Assembly (NCBI GenBank): GCA_964016885.1
Contig: OZ024742.1
Coordinates: 308,636,001-308,700,000 of the forward strand
Direction: 5' to 3'
DNA: 64,000 bases
Source of the DNA: Eledone cirrhosa
Taxonomy: Eukaryota
A model generated the notes under the pieces. The model had not been told where the DNA came from, searched no databases, and saw nothing but the letters and a program-made list of their open reading frames with translations. A program made the translations under genes and the position numbers. Shown here piece after piece: positions 29,590 to 42,911 of the stretch (position 1 is its first letter; each line of letters opens with the position of its first letter).

Positions 29590-29851
29590 TCTGTCTTAAG
29601 CCAGAAGGCACATTTGGCCGGTGCTTTCATAGCGTGAAGCGACTGAGAGTACAAGACTCCCCGCTGGATAGGACACCATTCTATCGCAGGGTTAAACCCC
29701 CAGCTATTGCTGGTACTCATTTTCATCTGAGTATACTGGAGCAATGTGAAATGAAGTGTCTTGCTCCAGAACACAACACGCAACCCATGAATTGAACCTA
29801 CGACGTTATGATCGTAAGTCCAACACCCTTACCACTAGGCCACGTGCCTCC
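29590..29851 (-). mobile_element. tRNA-derived SINE, family 2 (V/Meta-type central domain)
   Basis: Minus strand GGAGGCACGTGGCCTAGTGGTAAGG (A box)...GGTTCAATTC (B box)...GAGCAAGACACTTCATTTCACATTGCTC; related degraded heads at ~22745 and ~11455. Confidence 0.7.
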
Positions 29852-31055
29852 ACTATATACATATTGGCACCACTATAAATAACGACACCATATTACCACT
29901 GAAAGCAGTAATGGATTATACCAAATCTGCCTTAGTTCCACAATTTCTCCACAATGTAAATACAAAATAATACAATATCCGTCCATTAGGACGATATGAT
30001 GATCTTTGAAGGTGATTTAGCTGCTAGCTTTAGCAGATCGAGCTAGCTCACACAGGTTCCTCCGAGTGTGTATATGTGTATATATATTCTAATTATTGAT
30101 TTTACATATAATATTTTTTGTTATATTTTAAATGCATGTATTTCCCCCTCCTTGTATATAATATGAAATGTCTTTCAACAAACTATAAAGCATTTCTCTC
30201 GTTTATGTTGTTTATAAAATTGAAGTTTTCTAAGACATTTCACAATCAAGCAATGCATTTTGATTTTATCATTGAAATTTTACAAGATGTTTCACAAAGA
30301 AAGCGATATTTAGTTTTACAAATTGAATTTTCTATCTTTTATAATACCAGACGATTTAAATGAAAACAAAACCAAAAACTTAGATGTCTATGTGGGATGT
30401 TTTACAGAAACCTGTAAAAAATATATTTTGGTCAATTCAATTATGGATGTTTTTGTTTGTTTGATTGCTTTTTTAGTTGTTGTTGAAGCTGTTGTTGTCG
30501 TTGTTGCTGTTGTATCTCCAAAAACTAATAACCAAAAGTAATTTATTAATATTGATGATGTTATTAATTATATTTCTTGAAAAGCATTCCGGTCACTAAT
30601 AATTTATTATGTCAGCTTCAAACAACAGGCATTTTTTTTTTTTTTTTTTTTTTTTTTTTAGTTGGAACTTAGCTTGAACGAATAATTGGAATTACATGGA
30701 CGCTTTTTATTAAAATATCAAGAGCTGAGTTGCGTGATCAGCCAATTTCAGCTGACTCTATATCATGAATTATTGGATGTCATTACACCGATAGATCGAA
30801 GACATTATAATCCACTAATGGGAATATTTATCGAGTATTTCAATGACTCCGACCATATTTCTTTTATCTTTCCTATCTTTAAATCTACAATCAGGCAGAA
30901 GTTCGATTTCAGAATAGGATTACCCAGTGGGAAATCCGGGGTTACCATTTTTATACCCTCTGCTTTGCTAGATTTCAAATAAGTAAACTAAAATTAACTT
31001 ACTCCAATAAACCACGTCGATTAAACAACTGAATATAACAGCGACACCTCCTGTA

Positions 31056-31190
31056 TAATTGTTTCTACTTTTGGCACAAGTTCAAGCAATTATTCCAGCG
31101 CATTACTGGTACTTTATTTTATCGACCTCGTAAGGATGAAAGGCAAAGTTAACCTCGGCGGGTACGACCCTCTACCGATACTGCCAATAC
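31056..31190 (-). mobile_element. SINE family 1 with internal deletion
   Basis: Head joined directly to body at ~31163. Confidence 0.75.
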
Positions 31191-31949
31191 CCTCATGTCA
31201 CAATTACTACCATCCGGAATTGTTGAACATACGCTCGTAATGAGCGTTATTGCAATAATTTATCCAACCCTTGCTAGCAGGGAATATGGATAATAAATGA
31301 TGATGACGATGATAATAATGTTAGTTTCAGATACTGATAGTGACAACCCAAAAATACTATAATCAATAGTTTTTGTCGACCATACTTTGAGTTGGCCAAG
31401 TGGTTATTTCAGGCTTGTACTTATTCTATCGATATAGATATACATTGTATTGCGTGGCTAACTATATGTCTTTTCAACAGAATACCTGATATTTAACTGA
31501 TGACATATACCGGGCACAGGCACATAAACACACACACACACATACACACACACACACTCACACATATTTATATATAGAAAAAGAAGTCTTTTTCTTCATA
31601 TATATATGTGGAGGGGGAGGCAATAAAAACACGCGCACCAGTTGTTTAAGTTCAGTGTTGAATTTTTAAAATCATTACTCCGGGTATGGTGCCTCACTGG
31701 TAAATATAGAAGTGGACATCCTATCCACATACCGCGTAGACGCAGTGGATAGACAGGCAAAAGAGGCTATCTGAACTGGTGAAATTAAACACCCCCTTGA
31801 TACTAGCTATTTCGCTACACAGGTTTGGGATTTTTTCATACTGAATAAGGAATTATGTCTCTCAGGTTAATATATATATATACATATATATATAATATGA
31901 GAGACGTAAAATAAGAAAATTATAAAATTAACTTACTTACTAAAATATC

Positions 31950-32031
31950 ACTTCCAACTAATTAGTTTCTGGAATAGAGTAAATATATTTTCCGAAGAAG
32001 ATATATAGAAACATTCCGTCGTCAGGGAAGT
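31950..32031 (-). ncRNA. Type I hammerhead ribozyme motif (family A)
   Basis: Reverse complement of 32891-32972. Confidence 0.75.
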
Positions 32032-32890
32032 CTATTCTCAGCTAAGTTTCCAGGCAAAGAGAGGACTCTGGAAACTTATTAAAAAATAATTCAGTGGATA
32101 GGAAATAGCAAAGCGTGGACTGAATTCCTAGCCATTGAGAAAATCACTGCCTCTGCGTCTGTGGCAAATTCAAAAAGAATCAATCACGTGACATCGAGGT
32201 CAATCAGTGGAAAGTGGTTTGCTAATAAGACAGCGGCCTGCCTACTACCATAGCAGCAGTCATGGCCAATATTGCTCGACAAATAATTTGGAGATAATTA
32301 TAAAGAATTAATATCTAGTAACATATATATACATACAGATGCATATCAATGCTAGCAAATATATAGGTTTTGTCTTAGTAACATTGTGGTTCAATGCATG
32401 GGGTTGCAGAACAATAATATGAGAGACGTAAAATAAGAAAATTATAAAATTAACTTACTTACTAAAATATCACTTCCAACTAATTAGTTTCTGGAATGGA
32501 GTAAATATATTTTCCGAAGAAGATATAGAGAAACAATGTTACTAAGACAAAACCTATATATTTGCTAGCATTGATATGCATCTGTATGTATATATATATG
32601 TTACTAGATATTAATTCTTTATAATTATCTCCAAATTATTTGTCGAGCAATATTGGCCATGACTGCTGCTATGGTAGTAGGCAGGCCGCTGTCTTATTAG
32701 CAAACCACTTTCCACTGATTGACCTCGATGTCACGTGATTGATTCTTTTTGAATTTGCCACAGACGCAGAGGCAGTGATTTTCTTAATGGCTAGGAATTC
32801 AGTCCACGCTTTGCTATTTCCTATCCACTGAATTATTTTTTAATAAGTTTCCAGAGTCCTCTCTTTGCCTGGAAACTTAGCTGAGAATAG

Positions 32891-32972
32891 ACTTCCCTGA
32901 CGACGGAATGTTTCTATATATCTTCTTCGGAAAATATATTTACTCTATTCCAGAAACTAATTAGTTGGAAGT
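32891..32972 (+). ncRNA. Type I hammerhead ribozyme motif (family A)
   Basis: ACTTCC-CTGACGA-C-GGAAT...ATTCC-A-GAAA-CTAATTAG-TT-GGAAGT: stem I 6 bp, intact core, palindromic stem III, GUU cleavage triplet. Confidence 0.75.
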
Positions 32973-33150
32973 GATATTTTAGTAAGTAAGTTAATTTTAT
33001 AATTTTCTTATTTTACGTCTCTCATATTATTGTTCTGCAACCCCATGCATTGAACCACAATGTTACTAAGACAAAACCAATATATTTGCTAGCATTGATA
33101 TGCATCTGTATGTATATATATGTTACTAGATATTAATTCTTTATACATAT

Positions 33151-33221
<71 letters not shown>

Positions 33222-33598
33222 ATATAATAACTAGATAATCACAGGAGATAATTTTTGCTCGCGTGTAACCACACATAGCTAGTATAGGTAATATTTACCT
33301 TTAAGAGTGATTAACCTTCCTTGTATATATCCCATTAAAGAAATATATTTCACCAATTAATCAGATGGTAAGTCACGGAAAGTGGATATTATTGGATTGT
33401 CAACAAGGAAAGTGTAATAATGTCCAGCTATTCGTCCTTACAGAATGAGTTCAAATGTTCATCTAGCCGTTACCACGTGTTGTGTCTACACAAGATAACG
33501 ATTTCGTTTCAGTGGCGTGAATAGGTATTCGACAATTAGAAATAGCAGTCAAATTCTCTTCAACAGGAATAGCTCTACAATTAAGGAGCCGTATATAT

Positions 33599-33865
33599 AT
33601 ATCTAAATCCAAAATTAAGATAAAATAAATTAAATGAATTTAATCTAAATCGAAATTATGGGTGTCATGTCATAATGCATGCGCCATATATCCTGGAAAT
33701 TAAGCTCAAAGATAAATCTGAGCATATTATAATAACTAGTTATTATAATATGCTCGAATTTATCTTTGAGCTTAATTTCCAGGATATATGGCGCATGCAT
33801 TATGACATGACACCCATAATATCGATTTAGATTAAATTCATTTATTTTATCTTAATTTTTGATTT

Positions 33866-33872
<7 letters not shown>
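33599..33872. repeat. ~270-bp near-perfect spacerless palindrome in (TA)n
   Basis: Centre ACT|AGT at 33737/33738; arms are reverse complements with few mismatches. Confidence 0.9.
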
Positions 33873-33960
<88 letters not shown>

Positions 33961-33973
33961 TGATCTATATTAT

Positions 33974-34036
33974 ATTTTATCTGATGAAAGCGTACCATAA
34001 TTTGCTTTGGTGTCCTTGAAATATGTATAATGAAAT
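33974..34036 (+). ncRNA. Type I hammerhead ribozyme motif (family C-like)
   Basis: ATTTTAT-CTGATGA-AAGCGTACCA...TGGTGTCCTT-GAAA-TATGTA-TA-ATGAAAT. Confidence 0.65.
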
Positions 34037-34075
34037 AAATATGGTTTTATAAATACAGTTTCCATTTGTTAATAT

Positions 34076-34119
<44 letters not shown>

Positions 34120-34144
34120 CCTGAGAGACATAATTCCTTATTCA

Positions 34145-34208
<64 letters not shown>

Positions 34209-34325
34209 GTATATATATATATGTGTGTGTATGTGTGTGTTGCCAACACGAGAGCAAGAAGGATGAGGTCATTCTACTCACATGGCTTAATTGCAAACGA
34301 GTCGAATCTTATTATTATTAATATT

Positions 34326-34515
34326 AGGGGCGGTGAATTGGCAGTATCGGTAGAGATTCGGACGCCATCCTTTCCAGCATAGTTACGTCCCTTTACGGTC
34401 TGAGTTCTAATCCCGTCGAGGTTAACTTTGCCTTTCATCCTTACCGGGTCGATAAAATAAAGTACCAGTAATGAACTGGGTAATTGCTGGCCTTGTGCCA
34501 AAAGTAGAAACAATT
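34326..34515 (+). mobile_element. SINE family 1, full length
   Basis: Match to family 1 copies; flanked by TATTAATATTAG repeats. Confidence 0.85.
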
Positions 34516-34584
34516 ATATTAATATTAGAAAAACTCAAATTTACATTTCTTGTATTCAGCCATGTAGAGCGATAAAGTTATATG

Positions 34585-34626
<42 letters not shown>

Positions 34627-34654
34627 GTGTGTATATATATATATATATATTAGT

Positions 34655-37600
34655 ATGAGCACGGGGTGTGCAAAATTTCAGCTCAATCAGACAACTGTTA
34701 GCTGACCCTCAAATGCCTTGAAATTGGAACATAGTGTGCTCAACGATTAATTCTCTTCAAAAGCGGTATCTCGACCATTTTCTTTTTAGAGAAATTTATA
34801 TGGACACATCCAGGCAACCCCATCAACTGTTTAAAAACGTTCTGAATCAAATTTACCATCAGTTAATTTAAAAAATTCCAGAAATAACATGAAAAACTTT
34901 CTATAGAATCAAAAACATAATGTGAACACTGAACACTTAATATTGAACATTTTACTTTTGCATAAGAGAGGATATAGTAGCAGTTGGGTATGTTTTATGG
35001 TTTTCGGTAACGATCTGTAAAACAAATTGTTTCTCAGTTTCATCTTTTGTTAGAATGTTATTGTTATCCTGAATGACACCTCTTTCTGCAACATCATTCA
35101 CAACAACTGTCTTCTCAAGTTTTCAAGTCCATTTTGTAACCAGGATCATCCTTCCATGTTGAGGAAATCGGCGCTGATAGAAAATCTCGTGAAGAAAGTA
35201 TTTGCAGCATGAGTTACAAAAGACGAAAACTCGATGTTTGTAAAGGAAGAAAAGTCATTTTGGTGCAGAATATACCTCTTCAGTTGATTTTATTTCTTCT
35301 TCCTCTTCTTCACCTTTGTCTGTTTCCAGCATAACCAGCAATATTTGCATTACCCTCTCCTTGCTTTCGTTGCTTTCCTTTTCTCATTGCTCTCCTTGCT
35401 CTCCCTTTCTCCTTGTTCTCCTTTTCTCCTTGCTCTCCTTTTATTCTTGCTCTCCTTTTCTCATTGCTCTCCTTGCTCTCCTTGCTCTCCTTTCCTCATT
35501 GCTCTCCTTGCTCACCTTTTCTCCTTGCTTACCTTTTCTCCTAGCTCTCCTTTTCTCACTGCTTTCCTTGCTCTCCTGTTCTCCTTGCTCTTTTCTCACT
35601 GCTCTCCTTGCTCTCCTTTCTCCTTCCACTCATTTCTCTCCTTTTATCCTTTCTCTCCTTCGTCTCCTTTTCCCATTGCTCTCCTTGCTCGTCTTGTTCT
35701 CCTTTTATCCTTGCTCTTATTTTTTCATTGCTCTCCTTGTTCTCCTTTTCTTCTTTCCCTCCTTGCTCTCCTGTTCTCCTTGCTCTCCTTTCTCCTTCCT
35801 CTCCTTGCTCTCCTTTCTCCTTCCTCTCCTTGCTCTCCTTTTATTCTTGCTCTTATTTTTTCATTGCTATCCTTGCTCTCCTTGCTCTCCTTGCTCTCCT
35901 TTACTCCTTTTCTCCTTCCTCTCCTTGCTCTTCTTTTCTTCTTGCCCCCTTGCTCTCCTGTTCTCCTTGCTCTCGTTCCTCTCCTTTCAACATTGCACTC
36001 CTTACTCACCTTTTATCCTTGCTCTCCTTTTCTCACTGCTCTCCTTTTCTCACTGCTCTCCTTGCTCTCCTTTTCTCCTTCTTCTCCTTGCTCTCCTTAC
36101 TCATCTTTTATCCTTGCTTTCCTTTTCTCACTTCTCTCCTTGCTCTCATTTTCTCCTTCTACTCCTTTCTCTTCTTGCTCTCCTTTTACCCTTGCTCTTA
36201 ATTTTTCATTGCTCTCTTTGTTCTCCTTTTCTTCTTTCCCTCCTTGCTCTCCTGTTCTCCTTGCTCTCCTTCTCCTTCCTCTCCTTGCTCTCCTTTTATT
36301 CTTGCTCTTATTTTTTCATTGCTATCCTTGCTCTCCTTGCTCTCCTTTACTCCTTTTCTCCTTCCTCTCCTTGCTCTTCTTTTCTTCTTGCCCCTAGCTC
36401 TCCTGTTCTCCTTGCTCTCGTTGCTCTCCTTTCAACATTGCTCTCCTTACTCACCTTTTCTCGTTGCTCTCCTTTTCTCCTTGCTCTCCTTTTCTCACTG
36501 CTCTCCTTGCTCTCCTTTTCTCCTTTTTCTCCTTGCTCTCCTTACTCATCTTTTATCCTTGCTCTCCTTTTCTCACTTCTCTCCTTGCTCTCATTTTCTC
36601 CTTCTACTCCTTTCTCTTCTTGCTCTCCTTTTACCCTTGCTCTTATTTTTTCATTGCTCTCCTTGTTCTCATTTTCTTCTTTCCCTCCTTGCTCTCCTCT
36701 TCTCCTTGCTCTCCTTCTCTTTGCTCTCCTTGCTCTCCTTTTATTCTTGCTCTTATTTTTTTCATTGCTATCCTTGCTCTCCTTGCTCTCCTTGCTCTCC
36801 TTTACTCCTTTTCTCCTTCCTCTCCTTGCTCTTCTTTTCTTCTTGCCCCCTTGCTCTCCTGTTCTCCTTGCTCTCGTTGCTCTCCTTTCAACATTGCTCT
36901 CCTTACTCACCTTTTATCCTTGCTCTCCTTTTCTCCTTGCTCTCCTTTTCTCACTGCTCTCCTTGCTCTCCTTTCCTCCTTCTTCTCCTTGCTCTCCTTA
37001 CTCATCTTTTATCCTTGCTCTCCTTTTCTCACTTCTCTCCTTGCTCTCATTTTCTCCTTCTACTCCTTTCTCTTCTTGCTCTCCTTTTACCCTTGCTCTT
37101 ATTTTTTCATTGCTCTCCTTGTTCTCCTTTTCTTCTTTCCCTCCTTGCTCTCCTGTTCTCCTTGCTCTCCTTCTCCTTCCTCTCCTTGCTCTCCTTTATT
37201 CTTGCTCTTATTTTTTCATTGCTATCCTTGCTCTCTTTGCTCTCCTTGCTCTCCTTTACTCCTTTTCTCCTTCCTCTCCTTGCTCTTCTTTTCTTCTTGC
37301 CCCCTTGCTCTCCTGTTCTCCTTGCTCTCGTTGCTCTCCTTTCAACATTGCTCTCCTTACTCACCTTTTCTCGTTGCTCTCCTTTTCTCCTTGCTCTCCT
37401 TTTCTCACTGCTCTCCTTGCTCTCCTTTCCTCCTTCCTCTCCTTGCTCTCCTTACTCATCTTTTATCCTTGCTCTCCTTTTCTCACTTCTCTCCTTGCTC
37501 TCATTTTCTCCTTCTACTCCTTTCTCTTCTTGCTCTCCTTTTACCCTTGCTCTTATTTTTTCATTGCTCTCCTTGTTCTCCTTTTCTTCTTTCCCTCCTT

Positions 37601-39042
37601 GCTCTCCTGTTCTCCTTGCTCTCCTTCTCCTTCCTCTCCTTGCTCTCCTTTATTCTTGCTCTTATTTTGTCATTGCTCTCCTTGCTCTCCTTGCTCTCCT
37701 TGCTCTCCTTTACTCCTTTTCTCCTTCCTCTCCTTGCTCTTCTTTTCTTCTTGCCCCCTTACTCTCCTGTTCTCCTTGCTCTCATTGCTCTCCTTTCAAC
37801 ATTGCTCTCCTTACTCACCTTTTATCCTTGCTCTCTTTTTCTCCTTGCTCTTCTTTTCTCACTGCTCTCCTTGCTCTCCCTTTCTCCTTCTTCTCCTTGC
37901 TCTCCTTACTCATCTTTTATCCTTGCTCTCCTTTTCTCACTTCTCTCGCTCTCATTTTCTCCTTCTACTCCTTGCCATTCTTGCTCTCCTTTTACCCTTG
38001 CTCTTATTTTTTCATTGCTCTCCTTGTTCTCCTTTTCTTCTTTCCCTCCTTGCTCTCTTGTTCTCCTTGCTCTCCCTTCTCCTTGCTATCCTTGCTCTCC
38101 TTGCTCTCATTGCTCTCCTTTTCTCCTTACTCTCCTTTTCTCCTTGCTCTCATTGCTCTCCTTTTATCCTTTCTCTCCTTGTAACCTTGTTCTCCTTGCT
38201 CTCCTTTACTCATTTTCTCCTTCCTCTCCTTGCTCTCCTTTACCCTTCCTCTCCTTGCTCTTCTTTTCTTCTTGCCCCTTGTTCTCCTGTTCTCATTGCT
38301 CTCGTTGCTCTCCTTTTCACATTGCTCTCCTTACTCACCTTTTATCCTTGCTCTCCTTTTCTCACTGCTCTCCTTGCTCTCCTTTTCTCACTTCTCTCCT
38401 TGCTCTCATTTTCTCCTTCTACACCTTGCTCTTCTTGCTCTCCTTTTACCCTTGATCTTATTTTTTCCTTGCTCTCCTTGCTCTCCTTGCTCTCCTTGCT
38501 CTCCTTGCTCTCCTTGCTCTCCTTGCTCTCCTTTTTTCCTTACTCTCCTTTTCTCCTTGCTCTCATTGCTCTCCTTTTATCCTTATTCTCCTTGCTCTCC
38601 TTTACTCATTTTCTCCTTCCTCTCCTTGCTCTCCTTTTCTTCTTGCCCCCTTGCACTCCTGTTCTCCTTGCTCTCCTGTAATTTTCCTAAAATTAAAATT
38701 TTGCTGCTCCCACACCGATAAATAGATGTTTTCCCTATACCTGCCCTCTGTTCCCACCTTTGAAAGTTACCATTTCTATTATATTTATAGTAACTTATCC
38801 TAATACCAAGAATAGGTGTGAACAAGTTTTTAATTTAAGAGAAAATTATATAAGAGATAAAAAATGTTATCTGGAAAAATGACTTTCCGGGCAAAAACTT
38901 CAAAATTTCCCGCTCGATGAGGGTCGCCTTGCAGTTGTCCGCTTGAGTTAAAGCTTTGCATAGATTGGGTTTTTGTTAATTGGAACAAGATAAGAGGGTG
39001 AGAGCTAAACTTTTAGAAAGTTGGTAAATAAGGGCCACCCTA
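34655..39042 (-). mobile_element. hAT-superfamily (hATm-like) DNA transposon remnant with an internal CT-rich array
   Basis: Minus strand ~34983-35110 gives VVVNDVAERGVIQDNNNILTKDETEKQFVLQIVTENHKTYP; inverted subterminal homology ~34669-34711 / ~38917-38960; terminus ...GGGCCACCCTA at 39042. Confidence 0.55.
35350..38680. repeat. Pyrimidine-rich complex satellite: 9-bp CCTTGCTCT motif with ~450-bp higher-order repeat
   Basis: Marker TTCAACATTG recurs at 35986, 36431, 36887, 37341 and 37795 (spacing 445-456). Confidence 0.9.
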
Positions 39043-39097
39043 ATTTGTACATATATATATACAAATTAGAGTGGCCCTTATTTTTCAACTTTCTAAA

Positions 39098-39155
<58 letters not shown>

Positions 39156-39428
39156 ATCGATAGGATGGTCGGATGCCCTAGAGATGGAAATGTTTTACTT
39201 TTGATCTACACGACTATTGAGTAGATCGATACTGAAGTCAGGTCTGTCAAACCATGAAGACCAAACATCTGTGAAACATATGTAACGTTTGATATGGAAT
39301 AAACACATTTTAAAGTTAAATCTTGGTCTCTTATTCATAATATATACGTATATATGTGTATGTATGTGAATGTATACATGTGTGTGTGTATGTGTCTGTC
39401 TGTTTGTCTATGTATTCGTGTGTGAATA

Positions 39429-39518
<90 letters not shown>

Positions 39519-40367
39519 AAAACAAAAGCAATATGTATCTCCTACACAAATGACAGGTGGAATTCTAATCACGCCTCCACCTTTTTCGCTAACTTACAGA
39601 AATTTACTTTTGCATGTGAACGGGGATTTAATTCACGGAAATAAATTGGAAGTAGAAAGATTAGGTAGTTATTTATAGAAAGATCTAGAAACAGATTAAG
39701 TTTCAATTTTCAATGCACAAATGTCATAATTGCTCTTCTAACAGTCAGAAATTCCGATGAGGTATTATCATCATCATCATCATCTTTAATCATTATTATT
39801 ATCGCTATTAGTAGTAGTATTGTATTGATCTGTCTTGCGTAAACCCTTGTTCGGGCATGCAAGCGTCTAAAGTTAATAGCACTTCTCTCAAGATCTCTCG
39901 TCTGACGCAAGGTATTAAAGTAATTATCATCTTTTACAATGTTTAGTGTCAATGTTACTTGATCTGTCCAAATGTGGATATATGTGAGCGATAGCTTATG
40001 CTTGTAATTCTCTGTACATGCTACAAGAAGGGGTGTGTGCATTCGCCTTTGTTTGCGTGAGTTTCGCGTGAGTTTCACAGCATCTATACATAAATGACCA
40101 TGTATGTGTGTATATATATATATATATATACACACACATTAAGTTAAAACAATTAAATAAAAAATCAAGTCATTAGAGATATACTTCACTGCTTTACGAT
40201 CGTTTCTAGATGTCTGTTTTCCTTTTAATGTTTTATTGTTTTCTGAGATTTATCTTAACCTACATTTTCAACATATGGATTACATTGAGTTCTTCATACA
40301 GAATAGACCCCAAAACTTATAGTGGATACCTCTGTGTATATATATATATATAATTATATATATATAC

Positions 40368-40461
<94 letters not shown>

Positions 40462-40634
40462 TATATATATATATTATATATATATTATATGTATTTAAAT
40501 ATATATATATATACATATATATATAATATATATTTATATATATATATATATACATATATACATATATATGATATATATATACATATACATACATATATAT
40601 ACATATATATATATATTATACATATATGTATATA

Positions 40635-40726
<92 letters not shown>

Positions 40727-40771
40727 ATAATATATATATGTGTGTGTGTGTGTATGATATATATATATATA

Positions 40772-40803
<32 letters not shown>

Positions 40804-40837
40804 ATACATGAATCAAAGTTCTCTTTAAATCATATAT

Positions 40838-40886
40838 TTGCTTACAATTGTTTCTTCCAAACCGAGGTTTGGAGTCTTCGGAGCAA
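40838..40886 (-). ncRNA. Variant type I hammerhead motif (CCGAAGA core), family D
   Basis: TTGCT-CCGAAGA-C-TCCAAACC-TC-GGTTTGGA-A-GAAA-CAATTG-TA-AGCAA on the minus strand. Confidence 0.65.
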
Positions 40887-41283
40887 TTTTTCAATGATTT
40901 TTTACATCCTTGACCTCCTTTCCAACACAAGAGACATATAGAAATATATGTATATATTGATTGCCTGCTTAAACTGCTTGTATTACATGTAACACCCTGC
41001 CGCACTATAATCTTATATAAATAAGACACACGTGCATGCCCCACGTGTAACTATTGCATACAGTAACTACTTCAAACTATCCTCTTACTTTATCTTCCTA
41101 AACTGCCAATGTTGTATTTTAACTTTAATTTTGTCCTTTAATATGTCTTTAATCTTTGTATGTATATTGCCATGCTATATTATTTTAATGGATGTCAACC
41201 CACTGTGCATCAATATATACATATGTTTCTATATGTCTCTTGTGTTGGAAAGGAGGTCAAGAATGTAAAAAATCATTGAAAAA

Positions 41284-41332
41284 TTGCTCCGAAGACTTCA
41301 AACCGCGGTTTGGAAGAAACAATTGTAAGCAA
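41284..41332 (+). ncRNA. Variant type I hammerhead motif (CCGAAGA core), family D
   Basis: TTGCT-CCGAAGA-C-TTCAAACC-GC-GGTTTGGA-A-GAAA-CAATTG-TA-AGCAA. Confidence 0.65.
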
Positions 41333-41531
41333 ATAAATGATTTAAACAGAACTTTGATTCCTGTATTTTCTATATAACTGCTCTATAGAACAACTGATGT
41401 TGTTACATTGAGCTATGTATCTTACTGGTAATAAGGTAGTAATAAATTACTGTCTTTCACTATTTAGGGTTTAAAATATATATAACTATAAAAGGTTTTA
41501 ATATATACACAACCATAAATAGTATCATTAA

Positions 41532-41534
<3 letters not shown>

Positions 41535-41599
<65 letters not shown>

Positions 41600-41619
41600 G
41601 TATAATATATATATATATG

Positions 41620-41681
<62 letters not shown>

Positions 41682-41711
41682 ATAATATATATATATATAT
41701 ATATATATATG

Positions 41712-41805
<94 letters not shown>

Positions 41806-41898
41806 TCAAATTTATTATTATTACTATATATAATATATATATATATATATATGTATAATATATATATATATAATATATATAATATATATATATATATG

Positions 41899-41938
<40 letters not shown>

Positions 41939-41957
41939 TATAATATATATATATATG

Positions 41958-42037
<80 letters not shown>

Positions 42038-42158
42038 AATATATATATGTATAATATAAATATATATATATGTATGATATATATATATGTATAATATATA
42101 TATATTTATTATATATATATATATACATATATTCATATATACATATATATATATATAA

Positions 42159-42230
<72 letters not shown>

Positions 42231-42252
42231 AATATATATATATATATATATG

Positions 42253-42311
<59 letters not shown>

Positions 42312-42460
42312 TATATGTATAATATATATATGTATATGTATAATATATATATATATATACATATATATATGTATAATATATATATATATGTATAATATAT
42401 ATATATATGTAATATATATATATATGTATAATATATATATATGTAATATATATATATAAT
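41535..42460. repeat. Long interrupted (TA)n microsatellite, one of many in the window
   Basis: Direct inspection. Confidence 0.95.
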
Positions 42461-42570
42461 ATCTATCTATCTAAGGCGGGTAAAATTCCCGAGATCCATG
42501 GACGAGTTCTCTCCAGCGGTCTCTGTCCCTCATTATCGCTGCGATATCCTGCATCTCCAACAGACCATAT

Positions 42571-42646
<76 letters not shown>

Positions 42647-42678
42647 AATATATATATATATGTATATATATACAGTAT

Positions 42679-42714
<36 letters not shown>

Positions 42715-42846
42715 GTGTGTAGGAGGTGAGTTTTATTGTAGTACAATAAAGTAATGCACATATCGGATAAGAAGCACTCTACAGTTTGTAGGACTGGAGT
42801 ATACATAATATATAAGAACAAAAGATGGTTAAAAGAGTTCCATGTA

Positions 42847-42911
42847 TTTTATTATGCGCATTTCAAAAACAAATATCATCATGCAATAATATTTGTTTTC
42901 ATCAGATAAAA
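42847..42911 (-). ncRNA. Type I hammerhead ribozyme motif (family C)
   Basis: Inverted copy of 44143-44209 with a 2-nt deletion in stem II. Confidence 0.7.

Larger units (their letters stand above)
31894..33145. mobile_element. Hammerhead-containing non-coding module, family A: ~524-bp monomer in partial tandem plus inverted partial tandem (retrozyme or Penelope pLTR-like)
   Basis: 31894-32533 is ~1.2 units; 32534-33145 is ~1.2 units inverted (CAATGTTACTAAG at 32534 and 33058, period 524); embedded in (TA)n. Confidence 0.8.
40797..41375. mobile_element. Inverted-repeat module (~165-bp arms), each arm carrying a hammerhead motif (family D)
   Basis: Arms ~40797-40961 / ~41209-41375; left end abuts (TA)n. 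Confidence 0.8.

Noticed and set aside
29770-29851. tRNA gene
   Set aside because: A/B boxes continue into a SINE body; no convincing cloverleaf or terminator
35316-38681. 1121-aa and other long Leu/Ser/Phe-rich ORFs
   Set aside because: The A-poor satellite lacks stops in all frames; no domain signal
41460-42459. YIYI- and CVCV-type ORFs here and throughout the window
   Set aside because: Translations of dinucleotide microsatellites
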